Source of the DNA: Candidatus Binatota bacterium | GTDB lineage: Bacteria; Desulfobacterota; Binatia; UBA1149; CAITLU01 | Direction of reading: 5' to 3' | Assembly (NCBI GenBank): GCA_024276575.1 | Contig: JAJRWY010000171.1 | Coordinates: 1,580-65,579, forward strand | DNA length: 64,000 bases | In this document: one piece after another, positions 30,508-40,313 of the stretch | Numbering within the stretch: position 1 is the first letter of the stretch | How the letters are laid out: every line of letters begins with the position of its first letter | Notes under the pieces: generated by a model | Database searches by the model: none | What the model was told of the DNA's origin: nothing | The model's input: the letters and a program-made list of their open reading frames with translations, nothing else | Position numbers and translations under genes: made by a program

Positions 30508-30589
30508 TGAAGCGGAAGTTTTCCTCCTTTTCCCTTCCGTTTCACGGCTCTGATTCCGGGTAGCCCCCAATACCCGGACAAAGGACCAG

Positions 30590-30680
30590 AAGGCGGCCCG
30601 GCAGGACCCCTCCCCTGCCGGGCCGCTGATTCAGTCCTTCAAAGAACGGGCGGCCCCCCCCCGAGCCGCCCGTTTTCTTA
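30590..30680 (-). terminator. two tandem GC-rich hairpins downstream of nuoN (operon 2)
   Basis: AACGGGCGGC-loop-GCCGCCCGTT followed by CTTTGAAGG, then GCGGCCCGGCAGG-loop-CCTGCCGGGCCGC followed by CTTCTGGTCCTTTG. Confidence 0.35.
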
Positions 30681-30843
30681 TATCAGCTACCGGCAACAAT
30701 CCCCTCAGACCCCATGAGACAAGTCCGGATAAATCCGGGCAAGTCCCATACGCAAGCGGGCCGGACAGCCGATCCCATAAACGACGAATCATTGACGAAG
30801 TAACACGGCAGCACGGCGCGGCCTCCGCCATCGCTTGGCGTTT

Positions 30844-32298
30844 CTATGGACCTAAGATTATTGAAGAAAACGCTCTAGAAGCGGCGCCCATCACCGGCGA
30901 GGGAGCCAGCCCCAGCGCCACGGTCACAGCCGCGGCTGCGGTTACGGCAAAGTTGAGATAGGGCCGGGGCGAGTATTCTTCAGCGTCCGCGCTCTGAAAG
31001 TACATGGCCCGTAGCACCCCTAAGTAATAAGCTGCGGAGACCACACTGTTGAGCACTGCGATGACCACCAAAACGGTGTAACCCGCCTCCAGCGCCGCCG
31101 TAAACAAGTAGAACTTGCCGACGAAACCCGCCAGCGGCGGCATACCCATCAACGAAAGCATGCAGATGCTCATTACCAGGGCCAGCACCGGCCGGTTCTG
31201 CCCCAGGCCCGCGAAATCAGAGATCTCTTGAAGCGCGTGGCGCCGCCGTGTCAAAGCCGCGAGCACCCCGAAAGCCCCGATATTCATTACTCCGTAAGCC
31301 GCGAGATAGTACAGAACCGCCGCCCCTGCCTCGGCCGTAGCGGCAGTCACGCCGACCAGAAGGTAGCCGGTGTGGGCGATGGAAGAGTAGGCCAGCATGC
31401 GTTTGACGTTGGTCTGTCGCAACGCGACGAAATTACCCATGGTCATCGTCGAAGCCGCCAGCACCCACATCAGCCAACTCAGATCCGGCATGACCGGGGC
31501 CAACGCCACCAAGACGATACGCAGCAGGGCCGCAAAAGCCCCCGCCTTGACCGCGGTAGCCATGAAAGCACTGACCGTAGTGGGAGCGCCCTCATAGACA
31601 TCGGGTGTCCAAAGGTGAAAAGGCACGGCCGCTATCTTGAACGCGAAACCTGCCAGCAGCATGCCCACTCCGAGCATCAGCACCAAAGAATCGGCTGCAA
31701 GGTAATCCGTGGAGGCGATCGCATTAGCGACCGAACCCAGCACAGTCGACCCGGTGATCGCATAGATCAGCGCAATTCCGTATAGCAAGAGCGCCGATGC
31801 GAAGGCGCCGAGCAGGAAATACTTGAGCGCGGCCTCGTTCGATCGCAACTCGTCCTTACGAATGCCGGCCAACACATAAACGGCCATCGACATGGTCTCG
31901 AGCCCCAGGAACATCACGATAAGGTCGGTCGCTGAGACCATTACGAGCAAGCCGGCCACTGCAAACAGTATCAGCGGGTAAAACTCCCCGTGGATGATAC
32001 CGGCCAGAGGCACGTAGTCCATGGAAAGAAACACTGCGAAGATCGCAAGCACGCTCAGAAGAACATAGAAGTAGACGCTGAACGCGTCGAGTGCCACGGC
32101 TCCCGCGAATACCTCGCCCGCACCCTGTCCGGAAAGCGAGATGCCCGCCACTGCGGCCAGACCCAGCGCACTGAGCCAACCAATACCGACAAAGCGCCGG
32201 CTAAGCGAGAACATCTCCACGGTAAGGACCAACAGGCCCCACGCACAGGCGAACATCAGAGGATAGAGAACTTCGATGTTGGCGATAGGCAGCGTCAC
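30844..32298 (-). CDS. nuoN: NADH-quinone oxidoreductase subunit N (operon 2, intact)
   Basis: 484 aa; GTG start overlaps nuoM stop (GTGA). Confidence 0.9.
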   Translation of the reverse strand: MTLPIANIEVLYPLMFACAWGLLVLTVEMFSLSRRFVGIGWLSALGLAAVAGISLSGQGAGEVFAGAVALDAFSVYFYVLLSVLAIFAVFLSMDYVPLAGIIHGEFYPLILFAVAGLLVMVSATDLIVMFLGLETMSMAVYVLAGIRKDELRSNEAALKYFLLGAFASALLLYGIALIYAITGSTVLGSVANAIASTDYLAADSLVLMLGVGMLLAGFAFKIAAVPFHLWTPDVYEGAPTTVSAFMATAVKAGAFAALLRIVLVALAPVMPDLSWLMWVLAASTMTMGNFVALRQTNVKRMLAYSSIAHTGYLLVGVTAATAEAGAAVLYYLAAYGVMNIGAFGVLAALTRRRHALQEISDFAGLGQNRPVLALVMSICMLSLMGMPPLAGFVGKFYLFTAALEAGYTVLVVIAVLNSVVSAAYYLGVLRAMYFQSADAEEYSPRPYLNFAVTAAAAVTVALGLAPSPVMGAASRAFSSIILGP

Positions 32299-34088
32299 GA
32301 GCCTTCCTCCAGAGCAGAGTATCGTGCCGCCGCCAGTGGCCCGTCCGAACAGTCCGCTAAAATGGCCTGAAAAACGTCCGGGCCCCCCACCACTGCATGC
32401 GAAGAACGTATCGTCGAAGCATCGCCGCCACTGCGCGGCGTACAGCCGGAGCCTTCAAGCGCCGCAACAACGCCTATGGGGCTTCGCAATCCGGGGCTTT
32501 GCGACCTAGGGTTTTGCGATCCGGGGCCTTGCAAGCGGAGCGCCAGGCCTTCGACCCTAACGGGGATATTCCCAGCGTGGCTACCGTGAACACCGGCGCC
32601 GGCGGCCGAAACACCGGCGCGTTCGAGTGTGGCCGCTACCGAAGCTTCCATGGTGTGAAGGAAAGGCTGGGGATAAACGCCCATGATCACGATCAAAGCT
32701 ATTATCGGCACCATAACCGTAAGCTCACGACGCGACATGTCTTGGAGTTTTTCGTTGGCGGGATTGGTGACTTCACCGAACATTACCCGCTGATACATCC
32801 ACAGCATGTAGGCAGCGCCCAGGACCACGCCGCTTACCGCAAAGGCCGTAAGCACGGGATCGAAATGGTAGGCGCCGACGAGTATCAAAAACTCGCCCAC
32901 GAAACCGTTGAGCCCAGGCAGCCCGATCGACGAGAGCATGACGATGAGAAAACAGGTCGCATATACCGGTACCACCCGCCACAAGCCTCCGTACTCGGAG
33001 ATCAAGCGCGTATGGCGCCGCTCGTAGATCACGCCGACCAATAGGAACAACGCGCCGGTGGAAAGGCCATGGTTGAGCATCTGATAGACCGCACCTTGCA
33101 CTCCGGTGCTGTTCATCGACGCGAGACCCAGCATCACGAAGCCCAAATGGCTCACCGACGAGTAGGCGACCAGCTTCTTCATATCGGGCTGCACCATCGC
33201 CACCAGCGCCCCATAGATGATCCCAACTACCGCCAGCGTCCCGATCCAGGGCATCGCCAGCGGCAAGACCTCGGGAAACAACGGCATCACGAAGCGTACG
33301 AAGCCGTAGGTACCCATCTTGAGCAAGACCCCGGCAAGTATTACCGAACCGCCGGTCGGGGCCTCGACATGGGCGTCGGGCAACCAAGTGTGCAGCGGCC
33401 ACATCGGCACCTTGACCGCAAAGGCCAGGAAGAAGGCCAAGAAACACAATTGCTGGGGCACGACCGGCATGTGAACACCGTATAGATCGACAAGTGCAAA
33501 GCTCCACTGCCCGGTCTCGGCGGCATGGCTCATTCCCAAATAGATGAGTGCCGCCAGCATCGGCAACGAACCGACCATGGTGAACAAGATGAACTTGATC
33601 GATGCGTAAACTCGGCGCTCTCCTCCCCATACGCCGATGATGAGATACATCGGCACCAGCATCAGTTCCCAGAACACGTAGAAGAGCAGCACGTCAAGGG
33701 ATACCAGCGTCCCGAGCATGGTGGTCTCGAGCAGTAGCATGGAAACCAGGTAGCCCTTCTGCCGGTGATGCACGGAGTCTGCCGAAGATATCAACACCAA
33801 CGGTGTCAGAAAGGTGGTAAGGACGATGAGTAATAGAGAGATGCCGTCGATGCCAATCAGGTAGGAGGCACCGAAGCGCGGGATCCAGCCGAACTGCTCG
33901 ACCAGTTGGAACTCCCCGCTGCTTGCGTCGAAACGCATCCAGGCCAGTGCAGAGAGCGCGAAAACCAGCAGCGACACCGCTACCGCAAGGCGGCGCATGA
34001 CAGCGACCGACTGCTTGGGTAGCATGGCGACGGCCAATGCACCCAGCGCGGGAAGGAAAACCATCAGACTGAGGAGATTGTGCTCCAT
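32295..34088 (-). CDS. nuoM: NADH-quinone oxidoreductase subunit M (operon 2) with ~100-aa low-complexity C-terminal extension
   Basis: start set at MEHNLLS (AGGAG RBS); NuoM core to ..MGVYPQPFL.., followed by a G/A/S/R/P-rich tail that runs exactly to the nuoN start. Confidence 0.85.
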   Translation of the reverse strand: MEHNLLSLMVFLPALGALAVAMLPKQSVAVMRRLAVAVSLLVFALSALAWMRFDASSGEFQLVEQFGWIPRFGASYLIGIDGISLLLIVLTTFLTPLVLISSADSVHHRQKGYLVSMLLLETTMLGTLVSLDVLLFYVFWELMLVPMYLIIGVWGGERRVYASIKFILFTMVGSLPMLAALIYLGMSHAAETGQWSFALVDLYGVHMPVVPQQLCFLAFFLAFAVKVPMWPLHTWLPDAHVEAPTGGSVILAGVLLKMGTYGFVRFVMPLFPEVLPLAMPWIGTLAVVGIIYGALVAMVQPDMKKLVAYSSVSHLGFVMLGLASMNSTGVQGAVYQMLNHGLSTGALFLLVGVIYERRHTRLISEYGGLWRVVPVYATCFLIVMLSSIGLPGLNGFVGEFLILVGAYHFDPVLTAFAVSGVVLGAAYMLWMYQRVMFGEVTNPANEKLQDMSRRELTVMVPIIALIVIMGVYPQPFLHTMEASVAATLERAGVSAAGAGVHGSHAGNIPVRVEGLALRLQGPGSQNPRSQSPGLRSPIGVVAALEGSGCTPRSGGDASTIRSSHAVVGGPDVFQAILADCSDGPLAAARYSALEEGS

Positions 34089-34093
34089 GATCC

Positions 34094-36040
34094 TTAGCTC
34101 CTCACCGTCACGGCCAGCACCAAAGCCGCCACACCGATAAGAACGGTGAGCAGATAGTGCTGCACGTTCCCCGTCGCCCAACGGCGCCAAACTCCGCCGA
34201 TATTGGTAACGGCAGACGCAATGCCGTTGGCCAAGCCGTCGACCACCTCGACATCGAAAACCCGCCACAGCCACTCGCTAGTTCGCCGAATCGGGCGAAC
34301 CACAAGTGCGTCGTAAACATCGTCGAGAAAATACGCGCCGGCCATACCCTCGTAACCGCCGGTGAGCCAATCGGAAAGGACTTTGTCGCCCTCGGGCCCG
34401 CGCCGGTAGAGCCGCCAGGCAAAGAAGATACCGGCAAAGGCGACACCCACCGAGACCGCCATCAACGCATACTCGGTAGCCGCGGAAATCTGGAACTCGT
34501 GATGGCCGACCACCGGTGCCAGGAAAGCGCCGATCTGATTGTGCCCGCCGAGAACGTGCGGCACGCCTACATAGCCTCCGATGGCAGCCAGCACCGCCAG
34601 CACCGCCAGTGGCAAAACCATCGAACCCGGGCTCTCATGAATGCGCGATTCGGCCTGCGCTCCGCCGCGAAACTCGCCAAAGAACGTAAGCACGGTCAGT
34701 CGCGTCATGTAGAACGCAGTCAGCCCCGCAGCCATCACTCCCATCGCCCAAAGACCGTAATTGCCATGGTCGAAGGTCGCAGCGAGAATCTCATCCTTGG
34801 AAAAGAAACCCGAAAGTCCGGGAACACCGGCAATGGCCAGGGTCGCCACCGCGAACGTCCAATAAGTATGCGGCATCTTCGAGCGCAAGCCGCCCATCTT
34901 GCGAATATCCTGCTCTTCGTGAAGGCCGTGAATGACGCTGCCGGCGCCAAGAAACAACAGAGCCTTGAAAAAAGCATGGGTCATCACGTGAAAAACCGCC
35001 GCCCCAAAGGCCCCTACCCCCAGCGCCAGAAACATGTAGCCGAGTTGAGAGACCGTGGAGTAGGCGAGCACCTTCTTGATGTCGGTCTGGGCGACGCCGA
35101 TGGTCGCAGCCATCAAGGCGGTGGTCGCGCCTATCACGGCGACCACATTCATCGCCTCGGGAGCGGCCATGTAGAGGCCGTTCAGCCGGGCAACCATATA
35201 GATGCCGGCGGTGACCATGGTGGCGGCGTGAATGAGCGCAGACACCGGCGTCGGACCGGCCATGGCGTCGGGCAACCACACGAACAGCGGTATCTGCGCC
35301 GACTTGCCGGTGGCTCCCACGAACAGTAACAAGGCGGCCCCCACGACCAGAGCATGGGGAAGCGCATCGACGTTCGCGTTGATGTTGGCAAAGCTCAAGC
35401 CCGGATGCCCCGCCGAGGCCAAACCCCAGAAAAGCATGAACGCACCGATCAGAAAGGCAGCATCACCGATGCGGTTTACCAGGAAGGCTTTCTTGCCGGC
35501 CGAGGCCTTGGCCATATCGGTGTACCAAAAGCCTATGAGCAAGTAGCTGCACAGCCCCACGCCTTCCCAACCGACGAACATCAGTATCAAGTTGTCGGCC
35601 AGCACCAACAGCAACATGGCCGCGGTAAAGAGGTTCAGGTAGGCGAAAAAGCGAGCATAGTCGGGGTCGTGCCACATGTAGCCGGTAGAATAGACGTGGA
35701 TCAAAAAACCCACGCCGGTCACGATCATGCACATCAGCGCACTGAGCGCGTCCACCTTCAGCGAAAAATCGACCGACACTTCGCCCGCGCTTATCCAAGA
35801 GTAGACATGGTCGCTCAGTACGGTCCCGGGAGTTCCGGTGTAGATGCTCCAGAAGGCGTTGAGTGCCAGCATGAAGCTTACATAGACCACCGAGCAGGCC
35901 ACGATATTGGTGACGGCGCGCCCCGCGCGCTGTCCCAGAATCAAATGAATCAACACGCCGACCAGGGGAGCCAGCGGTATATAACGCAAGTAATCGACAA
36001 CGAGAGCTGCTTCTTGAGGTGCCGGAGTATGCATGGTCAA
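34094..36040 (-). CDS. nuoL: NADH-quinone oxidoreductase subunit L (operon 2)
   Basis: 648 aa; ..FVGWEGVGLCSYLLIGFW.., ..WLPDAMAGPTPVSALIHAATMVTAG.. Confidence 0.9.
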   Translation of the reverse strand: MTMHTPAPQEAALVVDYLRYIPLAPLVGVLIHLILGQRAGRAVTNIVACSVVYVSFMLALNAFWSIYTGTPGTVLSDHVYSWISAGEVSVDFSLKVDALSALMCMIVTGVGFLIHVYSTGYMWHDPDYARFFAYLNLFTAAMLLLVLADNLILMFVGWEGVGLCSYLLIGFWYTDMAKASAGKKAFLVNRIGDAAFLIGAFMLFWGLASAGHPGLSFANINANVDALPHALVVGAALLLFVGATGKSAQIPLFVWLPDAMAGPTPVSALIHAATMVTAGIYMVARLNGLYMAAPEAMNVVAVIGATTALMAATIGVAQTDIKKVLAYSTVSQLGYMFLALGVGAFGAAVFHVMTHAFFKALLFLGAGSVIHGLHEEQDIRKMGGLRSKMPHTYWTFAVATLAIAGVPGLSGFFSKDEILAATFDHGNYGLWAMGVMAAGLTAFYMTRLTVLTFFGEFRGGAQAESRIHESPGSMVLPLAVLAVLAAIGGYVGVPHVLGGHNQIGAFLAPVVGHHEFQISAATEYALMAVSVGVAFAGIFFAWRLYRRGPEGDKVLSDWLTGGYEGMAGAYFLDDVYDALVVRPIRRTSEWLWRVFDVEVVDGLANGIASAVTNIGGVWRRWATGNVQHYLLTVLIGVAALVLAVTVRS

Positions 36041-36050
36041 AAACTCTCTC

Positions 36051-36353
36051 CTACCACCTGAGAAGGGCTATATCGTCGGCATTGACGGTTTGCCGGTTTC
36101 TGAACATGGCCAGAATGACGGCTAGTCCCACCGCGGCCTCCGCAGCGGCGACGGTCATGACGAAGAACACTATGGACTGTCCGCTCATGAGCCCGCGCCC
36201 GTAGGCAACCGCGACAAAAGCCAGATTGGCGGCGTTGAGCATCAACTCAACCGACATGAAGATGATCACGAGGTTGCGCCGGACGACGACCCCGATGGAG
36301 CCGATGGCAAAAAGGACCGCGCTCAACGCGAGATAGTGATTCGGAGTAACCAC
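36051..36353 (-). CDS. nuoK: NADH-quinone oxidoreductase subunit K (operon 2)
   Basis: conserved 100-aa NuoK core begins at an internal GTG 8 nt after the nuoJ stop (ORF open further upstream). Confidence 0.75.
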   Translation of the reverse strand: MVTPNHYLALSAVLFAIGSIGVVVRRNLVIIFMSVELMLNAANLAFVAVAYGRGLMSGQSIVFFVMTVAAAEAAVGLAVILAMFRNRQTVNADDIALLRW

Positions 36354-36361
36354 GACAGCAG

Positions 36362-36901
36362 CTAAGCCTCCCTTCCCGGCGCCGGAGCATCCATATCGGC
36401 CGGCGATGGGTCGCGCTTGGCAAGCACCACCGCGCCGACCACCGCTACCAACAACAGTATCGAGGTAAGTTCGAAGGCGACCAGGTACTCCGAGAAAAGC
36501 TGCCGTGCCAGGACTACGGTAGTGCCGAAGCCCTCGGGCAGGGGAGTGTTTGCAGCTCCGGGCAAGGTAGTGGCCCACAAAGCCCGGCCCAGCACAACCG
36601 CGAGCAACAGGGCCGAGCCCAAGGCGGCGGCACCGAAAAGCGGAGAGGTACGGTCGGCCGGATCCGGCGACAAATTGAGAAGGGTGATAACGAACAGAAA
36701 CAGTACCATCACCGCACCCGCATAGACGATGATCTGCAAGGCGGCGACCAAGTGCGCCTGCAAGGCGATGTAGTACACGGCCAGCAAGAACAAAGTTGCG
36801 ACCAGCGACAAAGCGCTACGCACCGGGTTGTTGTTCAGCACCACCCCGAGGGCTCCTGCTATGGTCAGGCAAGCAAGCGGGTAGAACAGATACGGACTCA
36901 C
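36362..36901 (-). CDS. nuoJ: NADH-quinone oxidoreductase subunit J (operon 2)
   Basis: GTG start overlapping nuoH stop (GTGA); 179 aa. Confidence 0.8.
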   Translation of the reverse strand: MSPYLFYPLACLTIAGALGVVLNNNPVRSALSLVATLFLLAVYYIALQAHLVAALQIIVYAGAVMVLFLFVITLLNLSPDPADRTSPLFGAAALGSALLLAVVLGRALWATTLPGAANTPLPEGFGTTVVLARQLFSEYLVAFELTSILLLVAVVGAVVLAKRDPSPADMDAPAPGREA

Positions 36902-37995
36902 GCGACTTCTCCAAAGAGCAATATCGCGAGCGCAGTGACAAACACGTTGAGCAACGCGATCGGCATCATCGCCTTCCAGCCCAGATTCATCAGTTGGTCG
37001 TAGCGAAAACGCGGAACCGTCCAGCGAACCAAAACCTGCAGCCAGCAAAAGAACAATACCTTCACCAAGAAGGCGGCAACCTGCAGCAGGGAAACCAACA
37101 GGGGCGAGACCGTAATCACCGCCATTCCCGGCAACGCCAATCCCTGCGAACTGAGATAAGGAATCTGCCAGCCGCCGAAAAACAGGGTCGTCACGAGACC
37201 CGCCACCATCACGACCTCGGCGAAATCGGCAAGCATGAACGAGGCTTGTTTGCCGCCCGAATACTCGGTGAAATACCCGGCGACGAGTTCCGATTCAGCT
37301 TCCGGAATATCGAAGGGGACGCGCTTGGATTCGGCCATGCCGGCGGTGAAGATCAAGATGAAAGCCAGCTGCTGGTAGACAACGCCCCATGCCGGCAGCC
37401 AACCGAACAACATCTGCCCCTGCTGCCTCACCATATCCTGTAGATCGAGTGTTCCGTAGAGCAGAACGCAGCTTACCACCGCCAACCCCATGGCCAGTTC
37501 ATAAGAAATCATCTGCGCGGTGCCCCGGATCGAACCGAGCAACGCCCAACGATTGTTGGAAGCCCATCCGGCCAGGACCACGCCGTAAACGCCCATGGCC
37601 ACGGTAGCCGAAATGTATAGAATGCCGACGTCGATACCCACGGCCCGTAGTTCGATACTGCGCCCGGCCAACTCGATGGTGTCACCGAACGGGATGGCAG
37701 CGAAAGTTATGATCGCCGGGAACAGTGCCAAAAACGGCGCCAGAGAGTGTATGAACTTATCGGCGCCGTCAGGCACATAGTCTTCCTTGGTGAACATCTT
37801 GACCGGATCAGCGATCAAGGTGTTGGTAAAACCCAGATTGACCGGGAATATGCCGAGCAAATTCGCACGGTTCGCCCCTATGCGATTCTGAATCAGCGCC
37901 GCCCCCTTACGCTCGACCCACAGCATCAAGGCCGAAAGCTGGAGAACCAACAAGATGACCAGCAGGCATTTCACCCCGGCAATCAGCCACTCCAT
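36898..37995 (-). CDS. nuoH: NADH-quinone oxidoreductase subunit H (operon 2)
   Basis: 365 aa; ..EAESELVAGYFTEYSG.. Confidence 0.9.
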   Translation of the reverse strand: MEWLIAGVKCLLVILLVLQLSALMLWVERKGAALIQNRIGANRANLLGIFPVNLGFTNTLIADPVKMFTKEDYVPDGADKFIHSLAPFLALFPAIITFAAIPFGDTIELAGRSIELRAVGIDVGILYISATVAMGVYGVVLAGWASNNRWALLGSIRGTAQMISYELAMGLAVVSCVLLYGTLDLQDMVRQQGQMLFGWLPAWGVVYQQLAFILIFTAGMAESKRVPFDIPEAESELVAGYFTEYSGGKQASFMLADFAEVVMVAGLVTTLFFGGWQIPYLSSQGLALPGMAVITVSPLLVSLLQVAAFLVKVLFFCWLQVLVRWTVPRFRYDQLMNLGWKAMMPIALLNVFVTALAILLFGEVA

Positions 37996-37998
37996 AAG

Positions 37999-38517
37999 CT
38001 AGACCTCTTCTCCACGCTCGAGCTTGGCCACCAAGTCGATGACTTTTTCCACGGTGAGGTTCTCCACGTACTGCTTGTCGCCAATTTGCAGCATCGGTGC
38101 TGTGCCGCAAGAGCCCAGCCACTCGGCGCGATCGAGAGAAAACTTGGCATCCGGCGTAGTCTCACCCGGCGCGATACCGAGCTGGCGGCGAAGCGCCCCG
38201 AGAATGTCGTCGGCGCCACGCAAGTAGCAGGAGATGTTCGTGCAGACCTGCAGGTGGTACTTCCCCATCGGCCGCTTGTAGAACATGGTGTAGAAGGTGG
38301 CGACACCTTCCACCCAGCCCAGCGGCAACTCCATCAAATCCGAAACATAGGAGAGCACTTGCGGGCTCAACCACCCGAACTCGTGTTGGGCCAGCCACAG
38401 CACCGGCATCAGGGCAGCCCGGCGTTCGGGGTAGTGAGTAAGAATTTCTTCGTACGCCACCAGCGCCTCGGCACCAAACTCTACCGCCCCGCCATCCTTG
38501 TTTTGTTCTTCGCTCAT
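37999..38517 (-). CDS. nuoE: NADH-quinone oxidoreductase subunit E (24 kDa, thioredoxin-like [2Fe-2S])
   Basis: CxxxxC...CxxxC pattern (..QVCTNISCYLRG.., ..GSCGTAPML..); start set at MSEEQNK; no nuoF/nuoG follows. Confidence 0.8.
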   Translation of the reverse strand: MSEEQNKDGGAVEFGAEALVAYEEILTHYPERRAALMPVLWLAQHEFGWLSPQVLSYVSDLMELPLGWVEGVATFYTMFYKRPMGKYHLQVCTNISCYLRGADDILGALRRQLGIAPGETTPDAKFSLDRAEWLGSCGTAPMLQIGDKQYVENLTVEKVIDLVAKLERGEEV

Positions 38518-38575
38518 CTCAGGAACGCTCTCCGCCGGCACACCCCGTTTGCGATACAAACCGCCCGCAAGGCGG

Positions 38576-39790
38576 TCAGCGGTCACACTCTCCGCCGATC
38601 ATGTTGACCATGCCGAACACCGCAATGACGTCGGCCACGGTGTGGCCCTCGATCATACGGCTGAGCGCGCCCATCGCATAGAAACTGGGCGGGCGCACTC
38701 TTACCCGGTAGGGCCGTCCGCTTCCGTCGCTGGCAAGGTAGAAACCCAGCTCACCGTTGGCCCCTTCACCGCTGAAGTAAATCTCCCCTTCGGGTACTCT
38801 AATGCCCTCGATCACCAGCTTGAAATGGTTCATCAAGCCTTCGATGCTACCGTACACCTCGCTCTTGTCCGGCAGTACGACGGCAGGATCGTCCACACTC
38901 ACCGGCCCCCCGGGAAGATCCGCCAACGCCTGCTCAATGATACGTATCGATTGGCGCATTTCCTCGAAGCGAACTGAAAAGCGGTCGAAATTGTCGCCCT
39001 TGCTGCCCACCGGCACCTCGAAATCAAAGCGGTCGTAGAGCATGTAAGGTTCGGCCTTGCGCACATCGAAGGCCACACCGGTCGCACGCAATAAAGGCCC
39101 GGTGAGGCCATAAGCCATCGCCTCTTCTTTCGACATGACCGCAACACCGGCCATTCGTCCGATGAAAATGCGGTTGCGCTCGAGCAACTTCTCGCAATCG
39201 CCCAGCACTTGCTCGACTTTGGCGATGCACGCGCGCACATCATCGGCAAAACCGCCGGGGACGTCGTGTCGCAAGCCGCCGACACGGCCGTAGCTTACCG
39301 TGACTCTTGCGCCGGTCACCCGTGCGGTGAGGTTGTAGATCAACTCGCGGGCTTCGACCATGTAAAAGCCCGCCGACACCGCGCCCATCTCGGACGCACC
39401 CATCCCGAGACAAGTCAGATGATCCGCAATGCGTGCGAGTTCAGAAAGAATTACCAGAAGATAGCTGCAACGCTCGGGAACGGTTACCGAGCACATTCGC
39501 TCGACGGCTTCGCAGAAGATGAAATTATTGATCAGCGGCGAGGCATAATTGAGGCGGTCGGTGTAGGGGATAGCCTGGGTCCAAGTCCCCTGTTCGCACA
39601 TCTTCTCGAAACCGCGGTGCAGAAAACCGATCTCGGTGTCGCAGTTGACGATGGTCTCGCCATCGAGCCGCAGGTTGAACTTTACCGTGCCATGGGAGGC
39701 CGGATGGGACGGGCCCATCTGTATCTCCATGATCTCGGAAAGCGGATCGGCACCGTCCCGATTCGGAGTCAGAGGCTTGTCCGCGCTCAA
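38576..39790 (-). CDS. nuoD: NADH-quinone oxidoreductase subunit D (operon 2)
   Basis: ..MEIQMGPSHPASHG.., C-terminal ..RVRVRPPSF.. Confidence 0.9.
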   Translation of the reverse strand: MSADKPLTPNRDGADPLSEIMEIQMGPSHPASHGTVKFNLRLDGETIVNCDTEIGFLHRGFEKMCEQGTWTQAIPYTDRLNYASPLINNFIFCEAVERMCSVTVPERCSYLLVILSELARIADHLTCLGMGASEMGAVSAGFYMVEARELIYNLTARVTGARVTVSYGRVGGLRHDVPGGFADDVRACIAKVEQVLGDCEKLLERNRIFIGRMAGVAVMSKEEAMAYGLTGPLLRATGVAFDVRKAEPYMLYDRFDFEVPVGSKGDNFDRFSVRFEEMRQSIRIIEQALADLPGGPVSVDDPAVVLPDKSEVYGSIEGLMNHFKLVIEGIRVPEGEIYFSGEGANGELGFYLASDGSGRPYRVRVRPPSFYAMGALSRMIEGHTVADVIAVFGMVNMIGGECDR

Positions 39791-39791
39791 C

Positions 39792-40313
39792 TCACACCTC
39801 CTCGCTTAGGCCACGCTTGGGCCACGGATTGCTGATCGGATCGCGCTCGGGAACCAAGGGCTGGCGCTGCCTGTAATCGTAGGATTTTCTCAACGGATAA
39901 CCCTCGAATTCTTCGTACATCAGAATTCGACACAGGCCGGGATGCCCTTCGAATTGAACGCCAAACATGTCGTAGACTTCACGTTCCGCCCAATTGGCGC
40001 TGGGCCACAGATCCGTCGCGGAGGGAAGCCGGGGATCGGCGGCGCGTACTCTGACCTTGAGCAACGCACGTTTGGGAAGCGACAGTGACCGCAATACGTA
40101 TATTACCTCGATCACTCCGTCAGACTGTTCGCGATCGATCGCGGTTATGTCGAGCAGAATCTCGAAGGCCTGGGCGGGATCGTCGCGCAGGAAGGCCAGT
40201 ACGTCGATAAGATGCTCAGCGGTAATAGCCACGCCCTCGCCGTTGGGAGTCTCGAAGCCGCGCGGAAGCGCCCCGGGCGCCGCCTCGGCGATCGCCCTGA
40301 CGAGTTTGCTCAT
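39792..40313 (-). CDS. nuoC: NADH-quinone oxidoreductase subunit C (operon 2)
   Basis: ..WPSANWAEREVYDMFGVQFEGHPGLCRIL..; start at MSKLVRA overlapping nuoA stop (ATGA). Confidence 0.85.
   Translation of the reverse strand: MSKLVRAIAEAAPGALPRGFETPNGEGVAITAEHLIDVLAFLRDDPAQAFEILLDITAIDREQSDGVIEVIYVLRSLSLPKRALLKVRVRAADPRLPSATDLWPSANWAEREVYDMFGVQFEGHPGLCRILMYEEFEGYPLRKSYDYRQRQPLVPERDPISNPWPKRGLSEEV

Noticed and set aside
30508-30843. Cobalamin riboswitch in the long leader of the BtuF-like ABC operon
   Set aside because: No GCCACTG-type B12 box or GGTG...CCCGC core seen by eye. The region is better explained by two terminator hairpins of the upstream nuo operon. Needs a covariance-model search to be certain.
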